Shown here piece after piece: positions 1 through 10,144 of a DNA stretch of 44,077 bases. The DNA comes from a virus (lineage: Duplodnaviria; Caudoviricetes): the IMG/VR virus record IMGVR_UViG_3300047507_000002, positions 1 through 44,077 of that record; one strand, given 5' to 3'. Positions within the stretch are counted from its first letter, which is position 1, and each line of letters opens with the position of its first letter. Under the pieces are notes generated by a model. It had not been told where the DNA came from and did not search any database. It saw only the letters and a list, made by a program, of their open reading frames with translations. A program made the translations under genes and the position numbers.

Positions 1-127
1 CCTGAACTCACAAAAGGGTTACAGGATATGCTCATCACTAACATTAATATCACTCCTAATAGACTAAACAATATCTTCATTTTCCTCCTTATAATTCGGC
101 AAGAAATTCTATATAAGCCCCCCCCCT
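1..127. repeat. 127-bp terminal direct repeat (identical to 43951-44077); circular contig overlap
   Basis: The first and last 127 nt are identical. The tail-fibre stop (89) is followed by the ATG at 80, which is the same ATG as 44030, so gene order is continuous across the join. Confidence 0.95.
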
Positions 128-3100
128 TAATAAACATCCATGTCCAGCAGTGTAACCAGTGTCTGTCATAATTAATACGCAACCATCAATAGTAGAACCG
201 CCTAATGATAATGTTCCAGATTTTACTCCATCAGAGGAAAGAAAAGTGAAGGTACCTGACTGTCCTAATGTTGGTGCTGCTCTCATTGTTACAGTGGAAG
301 AGTAAGCAAATACTGCATCAGTTGTAGCATAAGCGAAACCAGCCATAAACCAGTTTGTTGCAGTCTGTATAATTCTTAGGTAGTATCTCTGGCATAATGC
401 CAGTTCCTGTGCAAAAGGTCTAATCTCAAATGGGGTTGCTATCGCACCGAGTTCAAGTTGGACTTGCGTGATATAGATAGCATCATCGGCTACACCGTCT
501 GTCTGGTCGCAGTAGATTAAAACAGCGATATTTGCCGTGCTTGCCGTATCAATAGATACACCTTCAATCTTAAAGGTTTGGAATGAGGTTGTTAAAGTAT
601 TTGAGGCTGCCGTATTTTCCGCAGTCCAGTTAGTCGCAAATGATGTAATAGGTGCAGCCCATGTATTCACGGCATCGGAAGTTACTGCATCTGCTGTGCT
701 AGACCATGATAAAATATTCGCTCTTAGAGAATGGGTATTATCATCTGACGCTGCCATTCTAGCTTGGAAAGATAATGACACAGTTCTGCCAATGAACCGC
801 ATTGCATCTTTGTTTTCTAGGATATTCAGGATGCCAAATTGCTTATTGGCAGTTGCAACCAGAAGTTTTATAGACGCAGTAGCACCAGTGGGAATAACCG
901 TTGTTGATTGCGAGACATCCACAATATCATTTCCATCTGAAAGCAGAATCCATCTGTCAAGTAGAAAGGTATCATCTGAGTTAAGAGGCGTAGAGGCTGC
1001 GGTAAAGGAAGTTCCTCTTTGTGCTACCCTAAAACCACCGTTGATAATACCATTCCTGTTAGATTCCACTTGAGCGTCAGCAGCTACAAAATCCCACTTT
1101 GAATCTGCGGAGTTGTAGATAAATCCAAGATACAATGTCTCACTTATTACTGTCGTAGTTGGTAGAGCATATTCCAATGACCTATAAATGGCGTTCCAAG
1201 CTAAGGTTCTCGCTGTTCCATTATCTATTATTCTGATAATTAACTTATTGCCATTTGCAGGAGTTCCTGAAGGTGCTGCAAAAGTGGCTGTCTCTGCCAA
1301 TGCTGTTACCGTAAATAAGTTTCTCAAACTCCCGCCTGTCGGAGTTGGAGTAGCCGATGATGCGGTGGTTGTTATTTCCTCTACTACGTTAGAGGTAGCA
1401 ATGATAGTCTTGGTTGTAAGCGTTTGACTATCACTTGTCCCGACTATTGTTCCCGCAACACCATGCGTTCCTGTAGTTAAGCCAGCATGGATAGTTAAGG
1501 CACTTGATGAGGCTGCTCCTAAGTTAGTTAATGCGGTCGCAGCAGTTGAAGCTCCTGTTCCACCATCAGCAACAGGCACATCAGTTCCTCCCGCACGATA
1601 CATTAAATTCCCTTCTACATTTACATCACCACCTGCCGAGGCACGGGTAAGAGTCGTGTCTGTAGCGTGACCGACATTTACTCCTGTAAATTGAGGACTA
1701 TCACCAGTTCCTACTCCTAATGATGTTCTTGCGGTAGCCCCTGATTCCCCTACAAAGTTTGTTCCGTCACCTACAATGATAGTCCCATCCGTGACGGCTA
1801 TTTTAGTTATATCATTGAGTTTTGCGTCATATCCTTGAATGTCACTTCCAACTACAAGTCCTAAGTTAGTTCTCGCACCTGGGATGGTTGATGAACCCGT
1901 GCCACCTTCTGTTACCGCATTGACTTTAGAATAAAACCATCTTTCCTCACCACTTGCCGAACTTCCTCCCCATGTAACATGGAAGGTAATATCCACATTG
2001 TTAGGCAAGCCACAAATAGTAGCATTACCAGTTGAATCTATCGTTCCTTCCTTTACTAATACATGGGTATCATCTCTGAATGCCTGGACTCTCGCACCTT
2101 TGGCTACTCTACCTTTCTTATCGTAAAGAGACGGTATTGTAAAACATCGGCAGGCGATATAATCTACAAGATAAGGATACCCGTCATTGGTAATCGTATC
2201 TATAGACCAGATGGTAGTGAAGTTCCAGCCAGAGTAAGTAGTCTGAAGTTTCATCTGGACTGTGGTCTTACCAGTTCCGCCGTTCGAAGTAGCTTGCCCA
2301 GATGTTTGAGTATCCCAGTAGGAATTGGTTGTTGCCTCACCACCAGTACCTCCTGTTAATCCGCCTACATTACTAGTACCAGTAACAGCACCAGTAGAGT
2401 AAGATTTATCTACCGAACCTCCTGCAACCCTGCCAACTAATCCTCCTACCATATCATCTCCAGTTACATCCCCTCTGGCATAGCAATTAGTTATCGTTCC
2501 AGTACCAAAAAAGAAATCTCCTACTAATCCACCTGTATAATCTATCCCTGTCACATCGGCAGTAGAGTATGATGTGTTTATTATAGAAGATGCCTCACCC
2601 ATTAATCCTACTAATCCACCTGCCGAATAACTACTACTACTAACCGTGCCAGTAGAGTATGAATGGGTTATGGAACATTCGTTACTTCCAACCAACCCAC
2701 CAACATAATATCCAGAGGCAGTTACAGTCCCAGAAAAATAAGAGTCATCTATTGTACCAGATGACCATACCCAACCTATTAATCCGCCAACATAATTTAC
2801 TCCTGTAACTGCACCAGTAACATAGAAGTCAGTAGAAACAGATAGACCTTGTGTTACACCTGCTAAACCACCTACATAATCCTTACCAGTAATATTAACA
2901 CTTGTTAATCCAATATCCCTGACAGCCCCAGAGGCATAACCAAAGAGACCTACCTCATCTTCTGTTGGGCGATTTATAAAAAGCCCACTTATTATATATC
3001 CATTCCCATCAAGTGAACCTGTGAACTCAGTACCAGTATTTCCTATTGGGTCAAATCCAAAATATGTTCCAGGATTCGCAGGGTCTTCATTCCAAGTTGA

Positions 3101-3199
3101 AGTAGCCGAAGCATCTATATTCCCGCCGAGTACATAACTCCCAGCGAGATTACTTGACATAGCTTGAAGTTGTGTTACAGTAGTAATTACGATACTCAC
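89..3199 (-). CDS. Tail fibre / receptor-binding protein with N-terminal GLUG-repeat beta-helix and C-terminal carbohydrate-binding-like domain
   Basis: GGLVG/GGLAG repeats over the first ~345 aa; fibre hinge motifs (GGTGASTAATALTNLG, ARTNLGL); C-terminal RNGIINGGFRVAQRG...QVQLELG...ELALCQRYY module common in phage tail fibres. Confidence 0.85.
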   Translation of the reverse strand: MSIVITTVTQLQAMSSNLAGSYVLGGNIDASATSTWNEDPANPGTYFGFDPIGNTGTEFTGSLDGNGYIISGLFINRPTEDEVGLFGYASGAVRDIGLTSVNITGKDYVGGLAGVTQGLSVSTDFYVTGAVTGVNYVGGLIGWVWSSGTIDDSYFSGTVTASGYYVGGLVGSNECSITHSYSTGTVSSSSYSAGGLVGLMGEASSIINTSYSTADVTGIDYTGGLVGDFFFGTGTITNCYARGDVTGDDMVGGLVGRVAGGSVDKSYSTGAVTGTSNVGGLTGGTGGEATTNSYWDTQTSGQATSNGGTGKTTVQMKLQTTYSGWNFTTIWSIDTITNDGYPYLVDYIACRCFTIPSLYDKKGRVAKGARVQAFRDDTHVLVKEGTIDSTGNATICGLPNNVDITFHVTWGGSSASGEERWFYSKVNAVTEGGTGSSTIPGARTNLGLVVGSDIQGYDAKLNDITKIAVTDGTIIVGDGTNFVGESGATARTSLGVGTGDSPQFTGVNVGHATDTTLTRASAGGDVNVEGNLMYRAGGTDVPVADGGTGASTAATALTNLGAASSSALTIHAGLTTGTHGVAGTIVGTSDSQTLTTKTIIATSNVVEEITTTASSATPTPTGGSLRNLFTVTALAETATFAAPSGTPANGNKLIIRIIDNGTARTLAWNAIYRSLEYALPTTTVISETLYLGFIYNSADSKWDFVAADAQVESNRNGIINGGFRVAQRGTSFTAASTPLNSDDTFLLDRWILLSDGNDIVDVSQSTTVIPTGATASIKLLVATANKQFGILNILENKDAMRFIGRTVSLSFQARMAASDDNTHSLRANILSWSSTADAVTSDAVNTWAAPITSFATNWTAENTAASNTLTTSFQTFKIEGVSIDTASTANIAVLIYCDQTDGVADDAIYITQVQLELGAIATPFEIRPFAQELALCQRYYLRIIQTATNWFMAGFAYATTDAVFAYSSTVTMRAAPTLGQSGTFTFLSSDGVKSGTLSLGGSTIDGCVLIMTDTGYTAGHGCLLRGGAYIEFLAEL

Positions 3200-3543
3200 A
3201 TTAACGCCTCTTGTCCTAATAATGCCAATTTCATCGTGTTCTCTATCTTCTCATCGGCTAGACTTTCTTCTCGTATATCCACAACTTGATACCCTGATGA
3301 TAGTAATCGTTCCTTGCCTAATAAGTCTCTAGCCTTCGCCTCGAATGTGGAATGATAATAACTTCCCATTATACGAATTGCTAAGTTTCGGTCTGGCACA
3401 ATGAAATCCACGGTAGCACTTCCAACTTCACCAGAATAACCGAACATAGTCTCCTGTGTATTAAAAAAGATGTTTTTTCTGGTAAGCCATAGATAAACCT
3501 TTTGCTCCAAACTTGAAAGGAAGGATAAAGCATCTTCACTCAT
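3196..3543 (-). CDS. Vsr/DUF559-like PD-(D/E)xK endonuclease-fold protein
   Basis: VDFIVPDRNLAIRIMGSYYH...RD...LLSSGYQVVDIRE pattern; 4-bp overlaps with both neighbours. Confidence 0.7.
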   Translation of the reverse strand: MSEDALSFLSSLEQKVYLWLTRKNIFFNTQETMFGYSGEVGSATVDFIVPDRNLAIRIMGSYYHSTFEAKARDLLGKERLLSSGYQVVDIREESLADEKIENTMKLALLGQEALM

Positions 3544-5327
3544 CGCCTCAGAAGTTCTCCTACAGAAACTTGAAGAGTTCCCACCTCCCTAGAAGCATCC
3601 CAAGTAACATTTTCATCAATATTCTCTATCTTCACTCGGTAACTATCCCCATTGACTGAATCTCCCGAAGGATAAAATAGAACTAATGTGTTCTTATCCT
3701 GTATAGTGTGTAAACTATCAATAATGGCTTCTGAGTTATCCTGATAAACCTTAATCACGAATGTCCAGCCTCGTAATCGTTTCGTGCCTACATCATAATC
3801 TAATTCTAGACTTCGTAATTCAGGAGTGGAAGTTGAACTGTTGGTCTGCCCCATTACAGCAAGTTTCATCCACCTGAACTCCAATCCCTCACCTGCATCA
3901 TCACCAACGGGAAAAGATAACGCCGTAGGTTGTGGTGAAGTCTTGAATGTTCCTAGTGTCTGCCAATCAGAGTCATTATCTGACCAGTAATAGACGGTGA
4001 AATACTTGCCAGTATCACACCCCTTGGTAATCGCAGCCACCGAGATAGCAGTCTTAGTGAATCCTTCCAATGGTCTAAAGATGGGATAAATCATCTTTCC
4101 CGAAGGTGACACATACGTATAACCTGAAATCTCAGTAACATCGGTATTGAAATCAGGCATCATACAGTATTTGATATTTGTTCCTTCTCCCCACCATAGT
4201 CTTCCGTTTGTGTATAAATTAGACGGAGAATAACAAAGACAGGTTATTGCTGTGTCGGCAGCAGAGGTGTAAATCTGTTGATTCCCGCCTACCGTTCCGT
4301 GCCTCTTTATGATTGAACTCTTATCTGAAGATGAATTTTTGGATACAGAATAAACCATCCAACTACCATCGGCCATCCCTATCATATCAGAGATATAACC
4401 CTGATAACCGTTTGGAAGTCCGTCATCTTGGTCTGGGCCGATGTCTGTGACAATACCTCCAGCGATTCTCTTAATCCCTGACCCTGTAGAAACGTAGATG
4501 TACGAGTTCCAAAACATACCCGCCATGCCAGAATATGTGTGCCCTGGCAATTCCAGATAAGGATAAATCTCCTGTACCCAAGGGTCTATTGTCCATAAAC
4601 CTTTACTCGTATGAAGGCAAAGTAAGGGTTCATCCGTAGCCTGAGACTTAGCGGTAAAAAGTCCATAAACCGTTCCTAAATAAGCCGTAACATCGCAAGT
4701 TGACCATGTTCCATCTATGTCTTTGGCTGGGGAATAATATATCGTATGACCAGAGAACCCGTATAGTTTATTATCGTGAAATGCCAGATAACCCATACAT
4801 CCTGTTAAGGTACTCCATGATGTCCCATTAGAAGTATATATAGCCGCCGTAGCCGAACTAACCACAAGATATGTGGCGGTTGAGTCTGTGACCACGATAG
4901 CATCTATTGGACTGGCAAGACTACTATCCACAGTAGTCCAAGAGGGAGTATCCGCATTTGACCTGGCAATCTTGCTAGTACCAATACAGTATGTGTATTT
5001 AGCCAATGTAGAATCAGTAAAATCAATTATCTTGACTGGTGCTACAGTAAAACTTCCCGCGGAGTTTACATATGGCCCAAGGATGATTCCAGCATCATGG
5101 CTCCCGTCTAACCCCTCAGACCAGTAGCATTCCTCAGTTCCAGAGGATTCCTGGTACTTATGCCCTATCCCACCCCTCATACCCTTCCACGCCTCTACGG
5201 AAGCTTGTGTAAACGAAGAATACCCAGGGATACCCGTCTCAAAACGAGCAGCCCTGGGATTAATATTTCTTCGGATTATATTGCCAGTTACATCATAGTA
5301 TTCGCCGTCTAGTAAAATTATACTCAC
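3540..5327 (-). CDS. Tail tubular protein B / nozzle-like beta-propeller virion protein
   Basis: 595 aa, rich in beta-strand and WD/BNR-like motifs (YTSNGTSW); lies between the adaptor-like gene and the tail fibre, as in podoviruses. Confidence 0.6.
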   Translation of the reverse strand: MSIILLDGEYYDVTGNIIRRNINPRAARFETGIPGYSSFTQASVEAWKGMRGGIGHKYQESSGTEECYWSEGLDGSHDAGIILGPYVNSAGSFTVAPVKIIDFTDSTLAKYTYCIGTSKIARSNADTPSWTTVDSSLASPIDAIVVTDSTATYLVVSSATAAIYTSNGTSWSTLTGCMGYLAFHDNKLYGFSGHTIYYSPAKDIDGTWSTCDVTAYLGTVYGLFTAKSQATDEPLLCLHTSKGLWTIDPWVQEIYPYLELPGHTYSGMAGMFWNSYIYVSTGSGIKRIAGGIVTDIGPDQDDGLPNGYQGYISDMIGMADGSWMVYSVSKNSSSDKSSIIKRHGTVGGNQQIYTSAADTAITCLCYSPSNLYTNGRLWWGEGTNIKYCMMPDFNTDVTEISGYTYVSPSGKMIYPIFRPLEGFTKTAISVAAITKGCDTGKYFTVYYWSDNDSDWQTLGTFKTSPQPTALSFPVGDDAGEGLEFRWMKLAVMGQTNSSTSTPELRSLELDYDVGTKRLRGWTFVIKVYQDNSEAIIDSLHTIQDKNTLVLFYPSGDSVNGDSYRVKIENIDENVTWDASREVGTLQVSVGELLRR

Positions 5328-6403
5328 TCAATTATCCTCTTTGCATTAGCATACGGAGCTATTGGAGGTCGTGCTTCAATCCTTGTTCTTGTCTGTAAAC
5401 ATTTATTGAATACCGCAGTCAGGTTATTGGACTCTACCTTTGAGAACGGTAAGAATGTAGTAGCCACTTCTACTAAATCATGTGGGGGAAGAAAGATAAT
5501 ATCCGTATCAGCACTAATAGAACCTTGACCACCTTGATATTCCAACTTGATTCTTAAATCCGCCACTATACTATAATGATTCTCGTCAAACTTTATCTTG
5601 GGTGGGTAAACCTTCAAAATCGTGTAATCTCTTGGGTCAACGATATTCTCTATTGGGAATGTGCCATCACCTACCGTTTCATCTTCAACGACGGTTATCG
5701 CACTGCAAGTTTTCCCACTTGTCGTGCCAGTAGCAGTTTCGCCAACCACGAATGTTCCATCAATTTCCCTGACTAGAATATAAGTCCCGCCTGACGGCCC
5801 ATAAGAAAGAATACCTGTAGCCAATGATGTGCCACCTGTTATCGTCTCTCCTAAAGTGAAATCCCCTGACACCGTGCCTGTTAATTTCTTGCCTGATACA
5901 GAATCTTCGGTAGTCACTCTGTAAAGATAAAGACAGTCGGTAGGCAGACTATACTCGTAGGTATAGAGTGTATTCTCATCGTTACTCGTAGATTCCGCAA
6001 GTGTGATTGTGGTTGAATCAGATAAGTCAATAAAATATTTCCTCGCAAAGAGTTCAATCGCCTGATTAATGGCATCTCTTAATTCACTAACCGTGAATAT
6101 CCTATGAAGTTCCAGACAAGATGTAGCATCATAAGCCGCAGTAGCAGGTGTAACAGTCAATACATAAGATGCCCAATCACTTGCCAGTCTCGATACTCCG
6201 ATATTTGACCCTGCAAAACAATAAACCTCATATTCGCCTTTATTGAAATAATCGGCAGCCTTGGCATAGAATTGAGGTGGGTCTGTCGTGGCTACAGTCG
6301 CCGTAGTTGTTGACCCAGCCGATACCGTACATAAAACACAATCGCCAAGCATCCTAGATAATCTCTGTCTGATAGTTTTCTCGTAATTAGAATAAAGTGC
6401 CAT
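5324..6403 (-). CDS. Tail tubular protein A / head-tail adaptor-like protein
   Basis: ELRDAINQAI and YEYSLPTDCL motifs typical of podoviral adaptors; position upstream of the nozzle-like gene. Confidence 0.6.
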   Translation of the reverse strand: MALYSNYEKTIRQRLSRMLGDCVLCTVSAGSTTTATVATTDPPQFYAKAADYFNKGEYEVYCFAGSNIGVSRLASDWASYVLTVTPATAAYDATSCLELHRIFTVSELRDAINQAIELFARKYFIDLSDSTTITLAESTSNDENTLYTYEYSLPTDCLYLYRVTTEDSVSGKKLTGTVSGDFTLGETITGGTSLATGILSYGPSGGTYILVREIDGTFVVGETATGTTSGKTCSAITVVEDETVGDGTFPIENIVDPRDYTILKVYPPKIKFDENHYSIVADLRIKLEYQGGQGSISADTDIIFLPPHDLVEVATTFLPFSKVESNNLTAVFNKCLQTRTRIEARPPIAPYANAKRIIE

Positions 6404-6412
6404 AATTCACTC

Positions 6413-6724
6413 CTATTTATCGCCCACGAATTTCTCATAGAGCGTAAAATGTTCGTCCCTGAGTTTCTTATCATCATTAAGTTTCTTGAGAGCATCAACG
6501 ATAATATCACTAGCCTTCTCGCCAATATGAATGCCTTTAGTTTCCCCTGTATCGTTATCCCATAAAATCATAGTGCCTTCTTGTCGAAAGTTATGTTTCT
6601 TATGTTCTTCCTCGCTAAAACTCAAGGATTCCCTAAGTTCCCTCACGATTTTGAGAGTCGTGAAATCACCCTCTATTGGTAGAATACTCAATAAGTTGTA
6701 TCTTTCAACTATTTTTAATTCCAT
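6413..6724 (-). CDS. Hypothetical phage protein (tail region)
   Basis: 103-aa ORF packed tightly in the operon. Confidence 0.75.
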   Translation of the reverse strand: MELKIVERYNLLSILPIEGDFTTLKIVRELRESLSFSEEEHKKHNFRQEGTMILWDNDTGETKGIHIGEKASDIIVDALKKLNDDKKLRDEHFTLYEKFVGDK

Positions 6725-6726
6725 TT

Positions 6727-7524
6727 CTAAGTCACTAATGTGCCAAATATCGGGATATAATATGGTGTGCTTCCAACCAGAATCTTTATATGCCCGTCTG
6801 CTCCTAAAGCGTTATCACCAGTAGTCCCTGTCGGGTTCACATCACCCGTATAACAGGGTTTTGCAGCAGCACTCCCTAAAGCCGTATTCTGCATATCCAA
6901 AAAATACGTTGTACCACTCACATTCGTAGCATCATATATTTGCATAACTGATGTTGGATTAACCTTTCCATAGTTATAGATATAGATGTAGGAACTTTCC
7001 CCATTCAAGGCACTGCCCGTTTCCACGCCGAAGAATATTCCAAGTGGGTGAATATCTCCAATCGCAGTTAGGTTACTACCTGACCAGATACTCGCTATTA
7101 CACCATAACATCCCTGCGGGTCTGAACCAACGTAGGTGCAATTACCAGCGAACTCCGTCTGCCCTACCAAAGACCTCATTGAAGCAGTTACATTGTTTGT
7201 GGAATAACTTGTTACTACCGCCCTGAAACATTCCAATCTTCCACTTGTTACTGCTGCCGAGTGTGCAGCATGAAGAACAAACTTATTTGCAGTTACGGAT
7301 GCGGGCGTAGTGTCAGTGTTCTCCTGGTAGACCAGTATGTTAGATGCTACCCCATCCCAATGTAAAGGATTAGTAGATGTCCCGATATTTATTAAATTGG
7401 GTATGACTGTATTGGCTGCCACATTAATAGCAGTGGTACACGTTCCAATCGTAAGTGCAGTCGTTCCCGATAAACTAAGTTCGCCTATAACACTACCTTC
7501 ACTTTGTATATCTCTTGTTCCCAT
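6727..7524 (-). CDS. Virion structural / fibre-like protein
   Basis: Gly/Thr/Ser-rich; C-terminal HIKILVGSTPYYIPIF motif seen in phage fibre proteins. Start placed at MGTRD (GAGGT SD); the ORF track extends to 7587. Confidence 0.6.
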   Translation of the reverse strand: MGTRDIQSEGSVIGELSLSGTTALTIGTCTTAINVAANTVIPNLINIGTSTNPLHWDGVASNILVYQENTDTTPASVTANKFVLHAAHSAAVTSGRLECFRAVVTSYSTNNVTASMRSLVGQTEFAGNCTYVGSDPQGCYGVIASIWSGSNLTAIGDIHPLGIFFGVETGSALNGESSYIYIYNYGKVNPTSVMQIYDATNVSGTTYFLDMQNTALGSAAAKPCYTGDVNPTGTTGDNALGADGHIKILVGSTPYYIPIFGTLVT

Positions 7525-7599
7525 TATGACCTCACTTAATTTTAAGCAAGGTGGGTACGAGATAATGTCTCGTACCCACGATTGCACAAAATTCTTATA

Positions 7600-8094
7600 T
7601 TACTTTGATGCTTTCTTTAGAATAGCCTCTTGCATCTTGGTGTTCCTTGCCTTCTCCTCTCTGTCTATTTCTTCCTTAATCGTTGCCCATTCCATCTTAT
7701 GACGCTTCTGCATATGGCGTTGAACCTGATAGGGTGAAGTTAAATTCGCCTTCGGGCAGGTTGCTAATCCTAGTGCGTCATAGTGAGCACGGTTGGGATT
7801 ATCGAGATGGAGTAAGCATTTCAGCGTTCCTCTCCTTGGGCTTATGCGAGGCTTTCTTGTGGTGAAAACAAGACTTCCGTCTGGTCTTTTCTTTCCTAAA
7901 TGTGCTGCCAACATATTGTGGTTACATATACTGCGGTCTCCTGTTCTCGTATCATAGATGTAAACGTAGCCAGCACTCTGCATCTTGGTAGGACTCATGT
8001 CGGTTAATGGTTCTGTCGCATCTAACCTAATTTCCGATTCTGGTGCTACCTCAGCATCCCTCATCTGCTCCTCAATTAAATTTTCTTCTGTCAT
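7600..8094 (-). CDS. Hypothetical protein with Cys/His (C2H2-like) motif
   Basis: CLLH...CPKANLTSPYQVQRHMQKRH; AAGGAGG SD. Confidence 0.75.
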   Translation of the reverse strand: MTEENLIEEQMRDAEVAPESEIRLDATEPLTDMSPTKMQSAGYVYIYDTRTGDRSICNHNMLAAHLGKKRPDGSLVFTTRKPRISPRRGTLKCLLHLDNPNRAHYDALGLATCPKANLTSPYQVQRHMQKRHKMEWATIKEEIDREEKARNTKMQEAILKKASK

Positions 8095-8129
8095 AGTGTC
8101 CTCCTTAACTTATGTTAGTTCCCGTTCGA

Positions 8130-8453
8130 CTATACTTTATATTTCTCTAAGCCTAGAAAATCCTTTACATCGAACTTGGTACTACGTAGAGAATCCGCAA
8201 TACCTTTTAGTTCGTCAACCGTGTGTTCCATATAAGACGGAATCCTTAATTGATTGATTCCCTTGAAGTTGCTCGCCTTACCTATATCCTTACGCCACTC
8301 ACAGACAACATCACCTCTAGGTACTTGTATTATCTGGTAGCGGTGAAAACCCCTATTTCCAGGCGATTGAAAGTTCAACTCATATAGGGCGATTGCCTTC
8401 TCGTTGCCTATGATGTTCTCAACTGCTGGTATTATGTCCATTTTATGCGTCAA
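8130..8453 (-). CDS. Hypothetical phage protein
   Basis: 107-aa ORF in the late operon. Confidence 0.7.
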   Translation of the reverse strand: MTHKMDIIPAVENIIGNEKAIALYELNFQSPGNRGFHRYQIIQVPRGDVVCEWRKDIGKASNFKGINQLRIPSYMEHTVDELKGIADSLRSTKFDVKDFLGLEKYKV

Positions 8454-9273
8454 TCTCTACGCCATATAGGAAAGTAGGCTTCCTTAAGCCAAAACCTGAA
8501 CTTGATTCGCCCGTAACATACTTTCCTGCCCTGAAAGTCCCCAAAACATCAGCCATACCAACAGTTGTGCCACCCTTACTAAAGCTCAATACCTCTCTTG
8601 AAATTGCCCCATCGGCTGATGTGCTTTCTCCTATTCTGCCCCTGTTAGTAGCATAGTCAAGATAATAAAGAACCCTACCAGCGATAAACACCTTGCCCGT
8701 AGGTACAACATAATCAACACCTGCGGTGTCGTGTAAAGTCTTGGGGTCAGAATCAGTAGCATCGCTTGGGAGTACCAATAGTTTTAACTTACTGTAATCC
8801 GTGCAAAGATAACCGCCGACATCGTATTGGATAGTAACTTCGGGAACGGCTAATACTTCAACACCGTAGAGTATAGTGGGGGTTCTAAGTTGCTGAGAGT
8901 TATGGGATGATTCAGCGGTAATATATTTGCTAGCAGCGAACTTCCCCACCACATTACTTGTGCCTGGATAGGTAGTCCCTTCACCAAAGGCAAGGACATC
9001 TTGGCTGATTGCCCCACCCGAAGTATCTGCCTCTCCTATTCTGCCACAGGTTGTATTAAAATCAAGATAATGGGTAACTCTGCCTCCTATAAAGACAGAG
9101 GTCGCAGGAACTTGGTAGGCGGCATCAGTGGTTACATCATACATAGCCTTCGGTTCATCATCATCGGCGTTTGCAGATAAATAAAGAACTTTTAACTTGC
9201 TGTAATCACTAAAGTTCACGCCACCTATTTTATGAATAAGTGCAGTTGTAGTTGGTATTATATGAATTCCCAT
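8443..9273 (-). CDS. Putative virion protein made of two tandem homologous domains
   Basis: DYSKLK...GRIGE...GAIS...KY.T.ESS...LR.PT.LYGVE occurs twice. Confidence 0.75.
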   Translation of the reverse strand: MGIHIIPTTTALIHKIGGVNFSDYSKLKVLYLSANADDDEPKAMYDVTTDAAYQVPATSVFIGGRVTHYLDFNTTCGRIGEADTSGGAISQDVLAFGEGTTYPGTSNVVGKFAASKYITAESSHNSQQLRTPTILYGVEVLAVPEVTIQYDVGGYLCTDYSKLKLLVLPSDATDSDPKTLHDTAGVDYVVPTGKVFIAGRVLYYLDYATNRGRIGESTSADGAISREVLSFSKGGTTVGMADVLGTFRAGKYVTGESSSGFGLRKPTFLYGVEIDA

Positions 9274-9548
9274 TATTCCTCCACCCCTAAAATCGTAATT
9301 GTGCCGTTACTACCAGCACCAGCATTCTGAAAATAAAGTGTGCTTATATCTACCTTAGTGAAACCAATCGTTTCTTCTGCACCTACTGGGTAAACCACTA
9401 CACCTGTTTCTCCCAATAGCATATTGTTAGTTGTAACGATAATGATGGCATCTCGTAAATTCTTTTCGGATGTTTCAAATCTGGTGGCGTTATCATCAGC
9501 CATCGTCATCGTCTTACTATAGACATTCCCACCAAACTCATTGAACAT
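9273..9548 (-). CDS. Small putative virion protein
   Basis: 91 aa, beta-rich; AGGAG SD; stop/start overlap with the next gene. Confidence 0.7.
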   Translation of the reverse strand: MFNEFGGNVYSKTMTMADDNATRFETSEKNLRDAIIIVTTNNMLLGETGVVVYPVGAEETIGFTKVDISTLYFQNAGAGSNGTITILGVEE

Positions 9549-9638
9549 TTTTCACACACTCCTTTGCCCAGTTCTACTGGGTCTGTTATTTTGGGCGAGT
9601 ATAAAGCCCTCGCCTATGGCTTATCGTTGGCTTACTGT

Positions 9639-10067
9639 TTACAATCCAGTTTCCCAAACTCTGTAGAGTATCTGAACGTGCATCACACCATCTCCAGCAG
9701 TTGGATTAGCCCCAGGCTGCATAAATTCTAGTGATGTATTGACAAACGGTATTGCAGTTGAATCAGGTTTAAGTATACGTACTTCGTCTTCTGATTGGTC
9801 AATAAAGTCAGTACACGTTGCCGTAGAACTTACGTTTGTGGACTGACTAGTGAATCTCACCCGATAAGACCCAGCTGAACCTACAGTATAGGCAACCGTG
9901 CCATAGTCATAGGCAAGAAATGCACCAATAAACTCTAGAGCTTTGCCTGCCCCTGGAGCTTCCACTAATACTTTTGGCGTGGTATAAAGTGCCAGTAGTT
10001 CTGCTGATGTAACTGTTACAAAGTTACGATGAATCTCCCAATTAAGTGCAGCTATATTTTTAGCCAT
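9639..10067 (-). CDS. Putative capsid decoration protein
   Basis: SAELLALYTTPKVLVEAPGAGK motif common in genes downstream of phage capsids; AGGAGG SD. Confidence 0.6.
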   Translation of the reverse strand: MAKNIAALNWEIHRNFVTVTSAELLALYTTPKVLVEAPGAGKALEFIGAFLAYDYGTVAYTVGSAGSYRVRFTSQSTNVSSTATCTDFIDQSEDEVRILKPDSTAIPFVNTSLEFMQPGANPTAGDGVMHVQILYRVWETGL

Positions 10068-10144
10068 TTCTCCTCCTAAGCGGATAACTCCGCAGTTGAT
10101 TTAAGTTGCTGGTTGATAAGGCTCAGCCAGCAAAGCCTTTAGAC

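Noticed and set aside
89-500. Diversity-generating retroelement targeting the tail-fibre tip
   Set aside because: I found no reverse transcriptase ORF and no second, adenine-variant copy of this region.
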